A stretch of DNA of 64,000 bases from Sphaerodactylus townsendi (Eukaryota). Under the pieces are notes generated by a model. That model ran no database searches and was not told where the DNA came from. It saw only the letters and a program-made list of their open reading frames with translations. The position numbers were made by a program, and so were the translations under genes. Location: positions 133,672,001-133,736,000 of the forward strand of contig NC_059425.1 of assembly GCF_021028975.2 (NCBI RefSeq). Direction: 5' to 3'. Every line of letters starts with the position of its first letter. The stretch's first letter is position 1. Below are positions 13,141 to 25,689 of the stretch, one piece after another.

Positions 13141-14612
13141 ATCTTTTTAGTGGAAGTCATTGAGATTGTTCCTGGATTCCCCACTTCTCCTTAAAAACTA
13201 CCAAGGGGACGTCCAGGTTCTTCCATACCTTCCCAGGTGCTGATTATAATAAAGCCTTTTCTCACTTTGGAACTAGGCTTTAGGAAACATGAACATGAAG
13301 ACAGCAAATATATATTCAAGAGAGTTGGTTCTGGCTTCTAATGGGGTGAAGCTTTCCAAATGATGAGGTTTTCTTTTAACTCTCACACTTTCAGATTTTG
13401 CCCATTCCTAATCTTAACAGATAGTAACTACAACATTGCTACTTCTTTAGTAGGACTTCTCATGTGGCCAGAATTAAGATCAGTTTGCGTTTTTCTTCTC
13501 TTCATCCAGATAAAGCTTCAGGACTATAAATGAAGATATGTAGCTGGGTACTTTCTCATTTGAAATCACTTTGACTCCTTCCTGAAATAATTATATTGAT
13601 GATTTTATTTGATGTAAAATATCCATCTACGCTTGATTTATTTTTATAGTGGATCTTGGACAAGCATCTTTCAGTAAAAATCAGTGGCAGCCATACAGCT
13701 TAAAAAAATCATGTGAGGGACAAGCATGTAGAAAACAATCTTGTTAAAAATATATAGCATAGTAAGCTTGGTATATTCTCACAGCTTGTAAAAATACCCC
13801 ATCTAGTTGTTTTACCAATATATGTAAGAAATACCTTTTCTTTTGTCAGAATTTTTATGCAAAATCCTCTAAGGTTTTCTTTTAATTTTTTTTCCTGAAA
13901 ATTCTCTAAGAAGGCTTTTTCTATAGCATTGCTCTCCATCAATTGCTAGTCTTACATTTCAGGGAAACTCCTATAAATTTTTGCTAACTTTTTAATTTTA
14001 AGATGATGGGGTATAAAAGTAGGGCTGTGCTGAATGTCATTTTGATGCGGGGGGCGAGGATGACAATACTGCGATTATGGGGAAGGTAAACTAGTTCTTC
14101 AAAAATCTGTTAAATGTGTAAATATCCAGCTGTTTTATAGCTGTTTTAGAGCTTTTCCCATCCTTTGCTGCTTTTTTGGTGCCATTTATAAGGGTTTTTC
14201 CTACTTTCAAAAGTATTCTCAGCCAGACAGGTAACATGGTAAATGTGATGACCCATAGTTTTTTGAAGCGTATTGTTGATTCGTTTAAAGCAAATCACTT
14301 CTATTCAGGAAAATATAATCTGTGAATAAGTAAAGTATTGTGTTCTCTTTGATAGCCACCTTCAAAAAGTCATCAATGAACGTGATCAGGGAGGTTTTTC
14401 TTTAGAAATAAAAATATTTATAATTCTCATGAACTATTTTTGACAAATGTTTAATATAAATCTGTACTGAATTCAGTGGCTTTGAATTCAGTCTTTTAAT
14501 GAAAAACAAAAACAAAGTAAACTAAAAAGTCTTGGGAATGTAGAGAAGTGAAAAGAATACAAGCAATATTGAATATGTTTATGGTACTATGAGAATTGAT
14601 GCACTTGAATTC

Positions 14613-14670
14613 ATGAGAGGATCTTAGGCAAACTACCATAATAATGAGAGGATCTTAGGCAAACTACCAT
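14613..14670. repeat. 27-bp perfect direct duplication
   Basis: atgagaggatcttaggcaaactaccat at 14613-14639 and 14644-14670. Confidence 0.9.
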
Positions 14671-15892
14671 TTTTGCTCTCTCCTCCTCCCCAGTTCACTA
14701 AGAAAAAGATGGCATATTTAAATATGTATTCAATTTGAATTAGAATGGTCTCCAAAGCAGCACACCATCTTACTCCTTAAAACAAAAAACTAAACAATAA
14801 TAATGTTATTAAACAGCTTTTGAAACTGTCCCCCATATGTATTATAAAAACAAACTTGGCATTTGACCTAGTGAAGATCCTGAAGAATATGTATTGGTTG
14901 CAGGTAGAAATTGCCATACTCTTTTGAGTTTCTGAGTTGTTTTCAAGGTTAGCTCCACATACAGTGCTTTACTGTAATTAAGTCATCAATGTTATCGTGA
15001 GCCACTGTTACCTACAATATTAGGCTAATAGTTGGTAAGATGAATGAGCTAATGTGTGTGAAGTGCTTTGAACATTTGAAGTGCACTATATAGATGTTTC
15101 TTTTTGTTGCATGAAAAGACATTTTGTATAGATGTTTGAATTTTTTCTTCGTAAGTCTCGTTTCGACTCTGATTGCCTTGGCTTGGCTCAGTTCAGTGGG
15201 CAGAAACATCAGTTGTTGCAAACATCACGTAACAACCTTGTTGCAGTGTTTGACTAATTGGTGTTGCTGACTGATAAAGAATATGCACAAACCAGCACTA
15301 GCTATGATTTTCAGAACAAATCAAGTTGGCAAGTGGCACATTGGCTGTGTACCTTGGGCTGGACGGAGCTGGACACTTGTTTGGCTGAAATGAAATGCCC
15401 CTCTCCTTTACATATAACAACTTTTGGGAGTTCTAATTGCTTAAGAAATTTTTATATCTCCTTTTCAAAGTACAAGGCACTTTACGAAATATTGTGAGCT
15501 GCAAAACTATTGTTCTTCATTAAAAACACTGCAAATAAAACAGCAAAATCATCGTCACTGTATTAAAAAATTCACCCAAAGGTAGTTGGTGAAGAATAGT
15601 TTTGTTTAATAGTAAAAACTTAATAAAGCATCAGCTTTTTTTAAACGCTTCAAGAAACTCTTCAAGAAACTGAGTGATATTTGATTTTACCTGGTAATGC
15701 TTTCAGAAAGTGCCCTCAGGTTGTGAGGTATTTTCAAGGTTGTATTTTCAGCTGATTGAATTGATCTTGGCAGCAAACTGGCAACAGTTTAGGGACACCT
15801 GTTGAATGTCATCACATTGTTGCCTGAGGAGGGGAGTAATCAGTCCGAGGATGCAGAGGGAGACACAGTAAACCCCATTATGTGACCACACG

Positions 15893-16276
15893 CCTGGGGG
15901 GACGGAAAATCCCCCCTCCCCCCCACCCACTTACCTTAGTTCTTAGTTTCAGGCTTAGTTTCAGGCTGAAAAGCGGCCTGTTCCATTTAGGCTGAAATGG
16001 ACCCTTATGGGAACTACACTCGTTGTGGACCTTTGTGGGAACTACACTACCCAGAAGACCTTGAGAGCCCCAAGGTCTCCTGGGTAGTGTAGTTACCATC
16101 CAGGCTTTTTTCAGCCTGAGCTGAACAAGCTGCTTTTCAGCCTGAAACTAAGCTTGAAACTAAGAACTAAGGTAAGCGTGAGGGGGGGGGGGGGCGGGGC
16201 GGAGCAGAGTCCATGCGGGCAGGAGCGGAAAACACAGAGTCTGCCCCAGGTGCAGTTTGATCCAGCTACGCCTCTG
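15893..16276. mobile_element. hAT-type MITE with internal palindrome (same family as 60384-60784)
   Basis: Ends ccagctacgcctctg; internal gggaactacac...gagccccaaggtctc...gtgtagtt hairpin. Confidence 0.8.
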
Positions 16277-16432
16277 GCAGTACATCTGCTGTCCCTCAGT
16301 AATAACTTTCCCCGAACCTGATGCATGGGGGAAAACACCAACACCTGGAGCAGCAAGATAGTGGGAGCATCTGGACGCTGGCCTCTGGATGAACTCCCCT
16401 TGCTGCCAGGGGGCACGAGCCACCTGCAGCCC
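16276..16432 (-). mobile_element. Ngaro-like element terminal segment
   Basis: Reverse complement of 56215-56360. Confidence 0.7.
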
Positions 16433-16473
16433 CCACCTGGGCATGCGGTACACATGCTCTCTACCATCCCCCA

Positions 16474-16705
16474 GGCCAGCATGGTGTAATGGTTAAGAGC
16501 AGGTACACTCTAATCTGGAGAACCGAGTTTGATTCTCTTCTCTGCCACTTAAGCTGTGGAGGCTTATCTGGTGAACCAGATTGGCTTGTACACAACAACA
16601 CATGCCAGCTGGGTGATGTTGGGCTAGTCACAGTTCTTCGGAGCTCTCTTAGCCCCACTAACCTCACAGGGTGTTTGTTGTGGGGGGAGGGGGGAGTCTC
16701 CTTAC
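16474..16705 (+). mobile_element. tRNA-headed CORE-type SINE (Squam3-like)
   Basis: ggccagcatggtgtaatggttaagagc...ctaatctggagaacc...gctgggtgatgttgggctagtcacag. Confidence 0.85.
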
Positions 16706-16964
16706 AGGTTTCACATTCAGCCTTGCCTTTCCTGGTCTTTCACCAAAAACCAGCTATCCAGCCTCGTGAGAAACAAAGATCTCTTGTTCTCTTGGTTCTG
16801 AGAGCTTCTTCTCTTCTCCCTCTTTTTCTTTCACCTCTCAGGAACACCCACCCTCTGGCTTTTTAAACAGCTGCACCAGCCAATCAGGTGAAGCTCCAAG
16901 TTAACTCGTTGAATTCCTCTTGCTCTGACAGAACTGCACTTTAAAATTAACCCTTAATCAGCAG

Positions 16965-17570
16965 TCCGTCACACCAGCATTGGCAGCAAGGCCTCCCAAC
17001 GCATCCCTCTCTGTCCCATCCAAAACATGGTTTCATGGCTGGTGAGGCCAAGGTATCCCCCCTAACCAGAAGATGAGGCCTACCTGGTGGCCCAATGGAC
17101 AATGCTGTGGCCCACAATCCAGATAGTCCTGTGATGGTCTGAAAGACAAGAAACATTAGCTCTCAATCCAGGTGCGAACATAACCCTTGTATGCCATGGA
17201 GTGCCAGTGCCTGATGGTGCAGATCTGCTCCTTGGGGGAACCCATGTGTGCTGCGGTGGTGGTGGCACCGATATGGAAAGAGCGGAGGCCAAACTCTGGT
17301 GCCAGGAGCCCCATGTGGCCCAAACAAGTCTGAAGGATGCTAGTAAATTGGAAGTTTGATAGGCATGTGCTGTCAGAACATATAAGGAAGGGGTCCTGGG
17401 TCAGTGGCTGGACGGAAAAGTAGTCGAATGTGTCTGACAGGACAAGGCAGTCCTGAGGGGGAAACCCTAAGGACCACCGTGGTCTCATGCACATGCTGTC
17501 TTGGAGTGGCAAAGTCAAATGTGCACCTCAAAGCCACCCACCCATAGGTCCGACAGCACGAGGGCCCATC
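16965..17570 (-). mobile_element. Ngaro-type retrotransposon remnant: tyrosine recombinase C-terminus followed by start of SGNH hydrolase ORF
   Basis: FGLRSFHIGATTTAAHMG...IRHWHSMAYKGYVR (decayed HSFRIGAAT...GRW.S.AY..YVR), then TIWIVGHSIVHWA...FWMGQRGMRWEALLP with stop codons. Confidence 0.85.
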
Positions 17571-18904
17571 CTCATTCAAAGGTGTGCATTTGGCTAGCTA
17601 CATGTTCTGAGCACCCAAAAAATGAAAAGGAAACATTGTAAATCTGTTGCTGTACATTTGGGTGAAATGACGCTCACAGTCACTGCCAAGGGGAGAAAAC
17701 ATGCTTTGGGGGACGTTTCTGAAATGGTGGGCTATAACACCGCTTGGCAGCTCAGCAGAAACAAAACTGACGTGACATAGGTCGTTTCCACACTCACCTT
17801 TCATTGCACGGTAGTTGCGGCAAATAAACTGGGGGCCTGCTGCATTCCCCACTACTTGAGCGACAGCAACGCAGCGACCCCAACTCTGCCGCTCTCCATC
17901 CTCCTCAGTGCGCGTCATTTTGACCCCTGGATGGTCGAGCAACATTTCTGAAAACCCCACAGCGACCGTGGGGGAGAGCGAGGCAGTGGGGAAGCCAGGG
18001 ATCACTGCGGGTTTGAATTTCCCGCCGCACATGGTGATGTGGACCTATCAGGGAACTGCGGGGCATGCGCAATGCACACGCAGCATTTCCTTCCACCATT
18101 TTTTAAACCAGGAAATCAGTCATCTGCACGTCGCTTTGAGCGCACGCGGACACAGCGTATTTCCATAGTTCATTCAGAACATTCATTGTTCATTCAGAAC
18201 TTTCATCTCATGAACATTCATTTCAGAACATTCATCTCTTGAAATGGAGGAGAAAGGAAAGCGGGCACTTCCGTGTTCCACAAATTTCCGCACCGCATCA
18301 CGACAGCCAATCAGAAACCATTTTTTTAAAAGGAAAAAAGGCATTGGTTCAATTTGCGATGACGCACGCAGGTGCATAGCTCGGACATTTCACATCTGAC
18401 ATCGACATTTCCCAGGGTTTTGCATTTTACCAAGTTCAAGCCACAAACCAGCGCTCCAGCCAATCGGGACAGAGAAGCGCCCTGCCGATGACCACGGAAT
18501 GCGCGGTTGTGGGGAATGCTGCATGTCATGAAGCCTCCACGGCCGTCAAAGCGAGGTTTGACCTGCAGGGGAGAAGCTGCTGGTTGTAGGAGTCGGGGAC
18601 CTTTGCGCTCAAAAGCACCAATTCAAAGGAGCGTGGTTTGGCTCCACGTTATTTTTTAAAAGTGGGAAACGACCATAAGGTGGGAGAATGGGCTGAAGCG
18701 GTTGGGCATCGTGCCATTCCCTTGGTAGCAGTTTCAACCTGGGATTTTTCAAAAAGATTGCGATTTTGATGTTTTTTGACAAATCTGGGTTGAGGGAAAT
18801 GTAAATGGTCAATCCCGCTTTGGAGAAGGGACCCATGTGAAGTTCTTCCCCAAACTGGGATATTTTCCTTCATCAACCCGTTCTATTTCTACACCCTGAA
18901 AAAA

Positions 18905-19080
18905 GTGTGGCAACTTTAAGACCAACAAAATTTTATTCTTGGTTTAAGCTTTTGTGTGCATGCCTGCTTCTTCAAATACTTGAAAGCTTATACCAGGAAT
19001 AATACTTCGTTGGTCTTAGAGGTGTCACTGGACTCACACATTTTTTCTGCTGCTTCAGACCAACACAGCTTCCCCCTTGA
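18905..19080. mobile_element. Short palindromic Penelope-derived element
   Basis: gtggcaactttaagaccaac...ttattc / gaataa...gttggtcttagaggtgtcac inverted arms; decayed hammerhead-like core on the minus strand; related end at 22465-22565. Confidence 0.65.
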
Positions 19081-20286
19081 AAATTACACTCAGTGAGGCT
19101 ACTGCCTTGGAGAAATGCTTAAAATGTATATATAAATGTATCTTTCATAAATAATCCAAGTGGTTCTAAAAGAGGTTTGGGGTGGAGTGTTCTGTCTATC
19201 TTGATTGATTTTATTAATTCGATTGCACTCCATTGTCCCCATCTGACTAGAAGAACTTGGAGAGAGAAGGAAGAAATTATTTACGGATTGATTCATTGAG
19301 TGATGTTAAGTGTGTTTTAACTTGCAGATTTTTCTTTTCAGTGTGTATTTGTGTGTATTTAATAGGTAGGTATTTTCTATTAGTCATTCACTCATTTCAG
19401 AATGAGAATGGCAATATAAGATAGAAACATGGAATGGAGTAGACCAGACACAGATGTTTAGCAGCACATTAGAACGAGATTAGGTTACCATTTACCCTAG
19501 CCTGACCCCCTGAGCAAAGAAATTCCTGCTTTCATTTTATAGATCATGTGTTAAATACGATATGCTTTGGCTCGCTCCATGTAGTATAAGGATATCTAGG
19601 GAATTCAGGGAGAGAAACAGAGAGCAAGACATTCTCAAAAGGGGAATGTAGTGTTTGGGACGCAGTTCCATGCTTTTACAGCAGTGAACATCAATCACAC
19701 CTCCCAAGAACAGCAAAGGACAATTTCATACTGTGTGGTGTGCTTGTGCCTGGGTTGTACCATTTCAGACTCTGTGCTGTATGCTCATTTAACTAAACAG
19801 TGTGCCAGACACAACATTCTTAATGAAAAAGTTGCATCCTGTTTCCCCTTCACCAAGTGCCTGAGTTTATCACTTTGGTATCTTGACAGGTTGCTGGTTG
19901 ATGTATATACATGCACCATGAAAGAATGATCTGCCAAAACTAGATTATATTTTTAATTAAGATTGGTTTATTAGTACAACCCTGTTATATGACATATTAT
20001 TACTATTTTATATTTTGCTTTTGCTTTTTTAGATACAATTTACAACCATACATTTGTATGTGTGAACATTAAAATCATGGAACAAGATCCATTATCTTAA
20101 TAATGTCATTATTTAGCCACCCAATTTACAATATGTGATTATTTAGGTTTTTCCTACCAAGCATTTTTTAATCTTTTTGACATTTTCTGGTTGAAAAATA
20201 TATTTTTTCATTTATCCTTTCTCAGGAACCAGTCAACACCTGTTTAAGTTTATTAGACCAACAGTTGTTCTTGGTGTGTGTTTATC

Positions 20287-22125
20287 GATCCCTTCCAGTC
20301 TGGCTTCCATGCTGGGCATGGGACGGAGACCATCCTCGTTGCCATCACAGATATGCTCCACATGCAGCTTGGGTGAGGTGGATCAGTGCTGCTGGTATTA
20401 TTGCATCTTTCCACACCATTTGATGTGGTCAATCATGACCTTTTGACCCATCACCTGGCCGTTTTGGGGGTGCAGGGCACTGTCCTTCAGTGGATTGCCT
20501 CATTTCTCCGGGAACAGAGTCAGCAAGTGTGGTGCGGGGATCAGGCTTCCCAAAGGTACCCGCTTCGTTGTGGTGTGCCTCAGGGGGTGTTGCTATCCCC
20601 GCTGTTGTTTAACATCTATATGTGACCCCTTGCTCAAGTGGTGCGGAGTTTTGGGCTGATCTGTCATCAATATTCTGATGACACTCAGCTCATTCTGTTG
20701 ATGGGGGGTGGGGTGGCCGGTGCCCCTGTGGCTCTACAGCATTGTCTGGAGGCAGCCACTAGTTGGTTGAAGCAGAGCAGGTTAAAACTTAATCCATCAA
20801 AGACGGAGATCCTCTGGCTGGGCCGCAGGGAGGGGATTGGGGATTTTCAGCCACTGGTGTTGGAAGGGGTCTCTTTGGCACCGACCTCTTTGGCTTGCGA
20901 ACTGGGGGTCCACCTGGATTCATTTCTTTCAGTAGAGACCCAGGTGGCAAAAGTTACCCTGGTTGTTTTTTTCCATCTTCGCCAGGCCCGGTGACTGGCC
21001 TACCTTTCCCAGACTCACCTGGCCACAGTGATCCATGCAATGGTCACCTCCAGGTTAGACTTGTAACTCACTCTACATGGACCTTCCCTAGAAATTGAAG
21101 TTAGTCCAGCATGCAGCAGCTCGTCTTCTCATGGGTCACATCTCCCCCATGTTGTGTCGCCTGCACTGGCTCCCAGTGGAATTCTGGTGTTGGTGTTGAC
21201 CTTTAAGGCCCTTCGCGGCCTGGGGCCCTCATACCTTCGAGACTACCTTACCCCATATGTCCCAAGTCATCCTCTGCATTCGGCAGAGGCAAACACACTG
21301 GTGGTCCGCCACCCCTCCATGATGTGGCTAGCCTCTACCCGGGCCAGGGCATTTATGGCCCTAGCCCCCACCTGGTGGAATGCTCTTTCTCCTTGGTGAG
21401 TTCACAGGGCCTGCAAAACTGAGCTGTTCCACCAGGCCTTTGGGGAGGCTGGCCACGGACTGTCCGCCCCCTCTTGATCCCCCCTTGTACCATCTGGCTG
21501 CACCATCTCTTGCAATTTGCTGGTCCCCTCCCAGGAGTATTAGGACTGGATGCCATCAATAAATATGGAGTGGGCTACGTTGTTGCTTTTGATTTTTAAT
21601 GGATTTTAATGTATTATCTGATGGCGCTCCAAAGGGTGATCACTACTGCACAAAGGATTATCGGCTGCCCTCTCTCCTCCTTGGAAGAACTCTATAATTC
21701 CCGAAGCCTAAAAAAAGCCCAAAATATTCTGAGGGACCCGTCTCATCCAGCACACTCTCTTTTTGAACTGTTACCATCTGGCAGACGATACAGGTCTATC
21801 AAAACTAGGACAAAGAGGCTTAGAGACAGCTTCTACTCTAGAGCTGTGGCTATGCTAAACTCCGCGGCTTCGTGTTGATGTGTTTGGGGCTGTGTAGGGA
21901 TGGGTGGAGGAAGGGGAAAGTGAGGATGATGTATGAGTCTGAAATTGTGTGCATCGAGGAATGCTGCTGTAAATTTCATTGTGCGTGCACAATGACAATA
22001 AAATGCTTATGCTAAATGCTTATGCTTATGTTGTTTGTCTTATGTTATATATTGTTTGTTTTCTGTTGGTTTTGTTTTACACTACTCAGAGCCCTTTTGG
22101 GGGTAGAGCGGTATACCAAATCAAA
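20287..22125 (+). mobile_element. L2-clade LINE remnant (RT to 3' tail), interrupted by a Rex1-like insertion
   Basis: LLVLLHLSTPFDVVNH, CGVPQGVLLSPLLFNIYM, CHQYSDDTQL, LKLNPSKTE motifs; L2-type tail at 22030-22125. Confidence 0.9.
21620..22030 (+). mobile_element. Rex1/Babar-like LINE 3' fragment
   Basis: ALQRVITTAQRIIGCPL...DPSHPAHSLFELLPSGRRYRSIKTRTKRLRDSFY; 3' end acaatgacaataaa followed by (atgctt)n. Confidence 0.85.

Positions 22126-22127
<2 letters not shown>

Positions 22128-22176
<49 letters not shown>
22128..22176. repeat. (CAT)n microsatellite
   Basis: Perfect trinucleotide run at the L2 3' end. Confidence 0.95.
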
Positions 22177-23552
22177 TATGTATCAGTGACCATTGAAGCA
22201 GGCCCATTGGGCTGGTATTTGTTTGGTCCTGTTAACTGTGACTGTGGTCTTAGTTGTATGTCATCTCCTTGTGGGTGTTTATTGATAGCATTTAATATAC
22301 ATTGAGAACTCCTTGGTCCAGTGGTTTCAGTCTAGAGTTTGAACCCATAATCTGTGTTTTTAAGTCTTATTTTAAGTGTACTGTATAACGAATTGACTCA
22401 TTTTGCATAATTTGTTTTTAATATTGTTTCTCCTCAACCTTCATGACACTGGGAGATTTGAATTTGGAAGCTCATACCACAAAAATCTTGCTGGTCTCGT
22501 AAGGGGCTACTGGACTTAAATCACGCTGTTCTATTGCAAACCAACACAGCTGCCCTCTGAAACTATCTTCAGAGCAAGGCTTTGGCATGAGCCAGCATTA
22601 TCTTCCTTTTATAGATGCGTAGCTGAGGCTGGTGCACACATTGCTGTCTGTCAATTGGTCAGTGCACCTTCAAGTGGTGTCGGTGTGAATGAGCCATCAC
22701 AGACTACCTTTTATAGCACCTCAAAAGCAGTAATTTTTGGTGAACTCGGTTCAGCTGCCAGACATTGATCAGTAAGACACAAAGGATGAATATGCATATG
22801 GGAAAGAGTCATGAGTCTGGTAGCATACTGTAATTGTGCTGATCAGATGTCACTAATTCTGTGCATCTTGTTTCCACAAGAAAGCTGAAAGTGTTTCAGC
22901 ACTTCCCAGTTCTCTTACTATCCCAGGTGAAGGCCAGTTTAAACACGATGCTGGTGAGGCAATGCAGCTCACCAGGGAACCTTGCTGATACACAGGTTTT
23001 CATTTAAACTGGGCTGCTATATGAGTAAAGCACTTCATGTTTAATTTGCACACCAGCCCTATCATCTGCCTGGGCTAACTGGGCAGTTGTAAATGAGAAG
23101 CCATGCAAAATTCCACTGGTTAGGGTACCTTAAACTGGCCCTTCGACAATGAGAGTTGGAAACAAGTTGTATGAATCCATAAGATTTACAATATGCTAGT
23201 TGTCATATTTGAATTCATAACTACACTCCCAGTCTCCGTGAAAAGTATCCGTGTAACGAAAATTGGCTATGTTCTTTTAGTCTTCGCTTTACTTAACAAA
23301 AGTCAGCTTAAGCAGCAGAACCAGTATGAGTGTTTTTAAATTAAAAATTCTTGTTGACTTCCTGAAGGACTGTCTTTAAACCTTCATCAAAGCATTCTGA
23401 GCAGGGATGTTACTCTTTTTGCTTTATGTTGCTGAACAAGAGGACATGTAGTTTTAAACTGGTAATGAGATTTTTCTTTTGGATGGGGCGAGGAAGATTA
23501 AATGTTGGTGGAAGCTCGCTTTCTAAATGATGTTTATTTCATTACATTTTAG

Positions 23553-23707
23553 GTTGCCACCACCTAAGCCAAGCATCTGGAAGCTTGCCCTGAAAATCTT
23601 TGGGCATTCGTCTCTTCATGGATTGCTGTAACCCAGTAACTTCTCCGTTGGGCCACTTCCTAGTTTCGTGAGAATATTAGCCAGCACAGATCCTGGGAAA
23701 GTTACAT
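23553..23707 (+). other. BACH2: Probable BACH2 non-coding 5'UTR exon (155 nt)
   Basis: Acceptor tttcattacattttag|G and consensus donor CAT|gtaagt in non-repetitive sequence. The end (...gttacat) joined to ggtgtgaacgg resembles my recollection of mammalian BACH2 mRNA just upstream of the ATG. It carries a TAG in frame with the main ORF. Confidence 0.75.
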
Positions 23708-25689
23708 GTAAGTCCTGCTTATGATACCTATTTCATTAAAAACAAAAGACTGTCGAAACAAAAGTCTTTCCGTCTGGTTAGGAGAAAAAAATAGTCAATC
23801 TATGTAGTGCTTGTTAAAACATCCTAAAAGCTGTAATTCAGAAGATAACGTGAGGCTGTGAATAAATTGATCCTGAAGCACTATTATTGTCTCTTTAAAA
23901 ACTAAATGGAGAATGTAATTTTGTCATTTTGTGGGCTTCATAAGTACTTTTTCTGCCACAGCAAACCTTGGCACAAAGTACTTTATAAATAGCTTAGGTA
24001 TTTGTCTCTGAAGAATGCTCGGGGGGGGGGGGTGTTCAGAATAATATTCCACAGGTATGGAGTGCTGAAGTTATTTGATCATCTTGAAAACTGTTCCAGC
24101 AGTGCATTACAGAGTTGGTGAGTTCCGACAAACAGGCTAGTGACTTTCGTGATTGGGAACACTGGGCTCCATGGCTATTACCTTTCTGGAAAAATCAGGG
24201 CTGGCTTTAAAAAAATAATTGCGTCTGCATGGCACCCACAAAGCTAGCTAAGTAGCAAATTTCAAATTATTCATTTTGGCATGGTGGTTTTCTCCAGATC
24301 TGAGCACCTCCTATAGAGGCTCTTCAGGGGTAGGGCCAACCTCGGCGGCTCTCCAGATGTGGGAATCAGAGAACTACTGAATATCTGAGAGCCAGAGAGG
24401 TCTCAGCCTCTGTTCTAGCGCCATGGCCAACAGGCTTTTAACGTAAATCTCTGCAACATAGGGTGGCTGTTCTAAGGAACTTAGGATGGCACATTTCAGT
24501 GATTCCTGCCATGCAGGAGTGAAGCAGGAATTTAGTCTGTTGTGTTATTTTAGTTGTAGCTGTTGTTGACAGTGCATCTCTCAGAATCCTAAGATTCAGC
24601 ATTTTGAGTCCTGAGGGAGATTTCAGTATGTGTGTTGTGTCTGGGATGCGTAAGGCCTCAGGCAAGTCCAGGATAGCAAGAAACTGACTGTGTTTTAGGC
24701 TAGGCTTGGGGATAGCAAAATACTGCTCTATCTTAACATTTTCTTCTATATCAGCGTGTAACTTCAGTTTTCTTTTCGAGGCCTATCACTTAACTTGAAG
24801 GCTATCGCCCTAGCAGGCAGGACCAAACCTTTCCCGTATGTAAAGCTGCCTCCATCACGTCGAAAGAAATGAATAAGGTCCAATTTTAAAAATAGAAGTA
24901 ATTTGCAAACTAGTGCATTATCTTTCCTCTACCCATGGATTACTGTCCTGCAGCTTTTCTCTTCAACCAAGTTCTGCTGATGGAGGCAACAAACTGTACA
25001 GTAGCATCAATTTGTGTATATCTCACATGTGACTGAGACTTTGAGACTTTGTTTGCAGAGTGAAAGGCAAGCATGGTACTGAGCAAAGGCAAGGAAGGAT
25101 GTTTTGCTTGAAGACTATAGTTGATGGCGTTGTTTGGCTTTGGGCGAGCCCAGTATGAATTTTCATTTATAGGAAAGTGTTCTTCCAGTCATCCTGTATG
25201 AAAAGTTATTCTTTTTGCTGTGTTTGTGTTTTGGTCTGCTGCTACTTTAGACGAGGCTGATAATGAGTTGTCCAATATCCATAGTTGCATTTTTTGTACG
25301 GTCATGTGACTACTTGCAGCTGCTCATATAATTCTGCCAGGATTACCCAGAGGGAATTCATGGAATGAAAATTGTGCTAGATCAAAGCTTGGTATTTGAA
25401 ATATTCTGTTATAACGACATCTGCCATTCATAATTGTAATGTCTCAAGCAGGACTTTAAATCATAACTCTCTTGGGGACACCTTCACATATTGCACATTT
25501 TACATGTCCATGTGAAGTAGTTTGTTCATATCCAGAAAACTGTCCTGTGCACACATATCTTTATGACTTCTCGCCATATATTGGTTAATTCTCCCTGCTG
25601 AGTTGCAGTAGCAGACATATGTGTGCCCTGGTGTAGCATTTGAAGTTCATAGCACCTTCAAGAAAGTCCTGCTATTGGAAGGTATTAAG

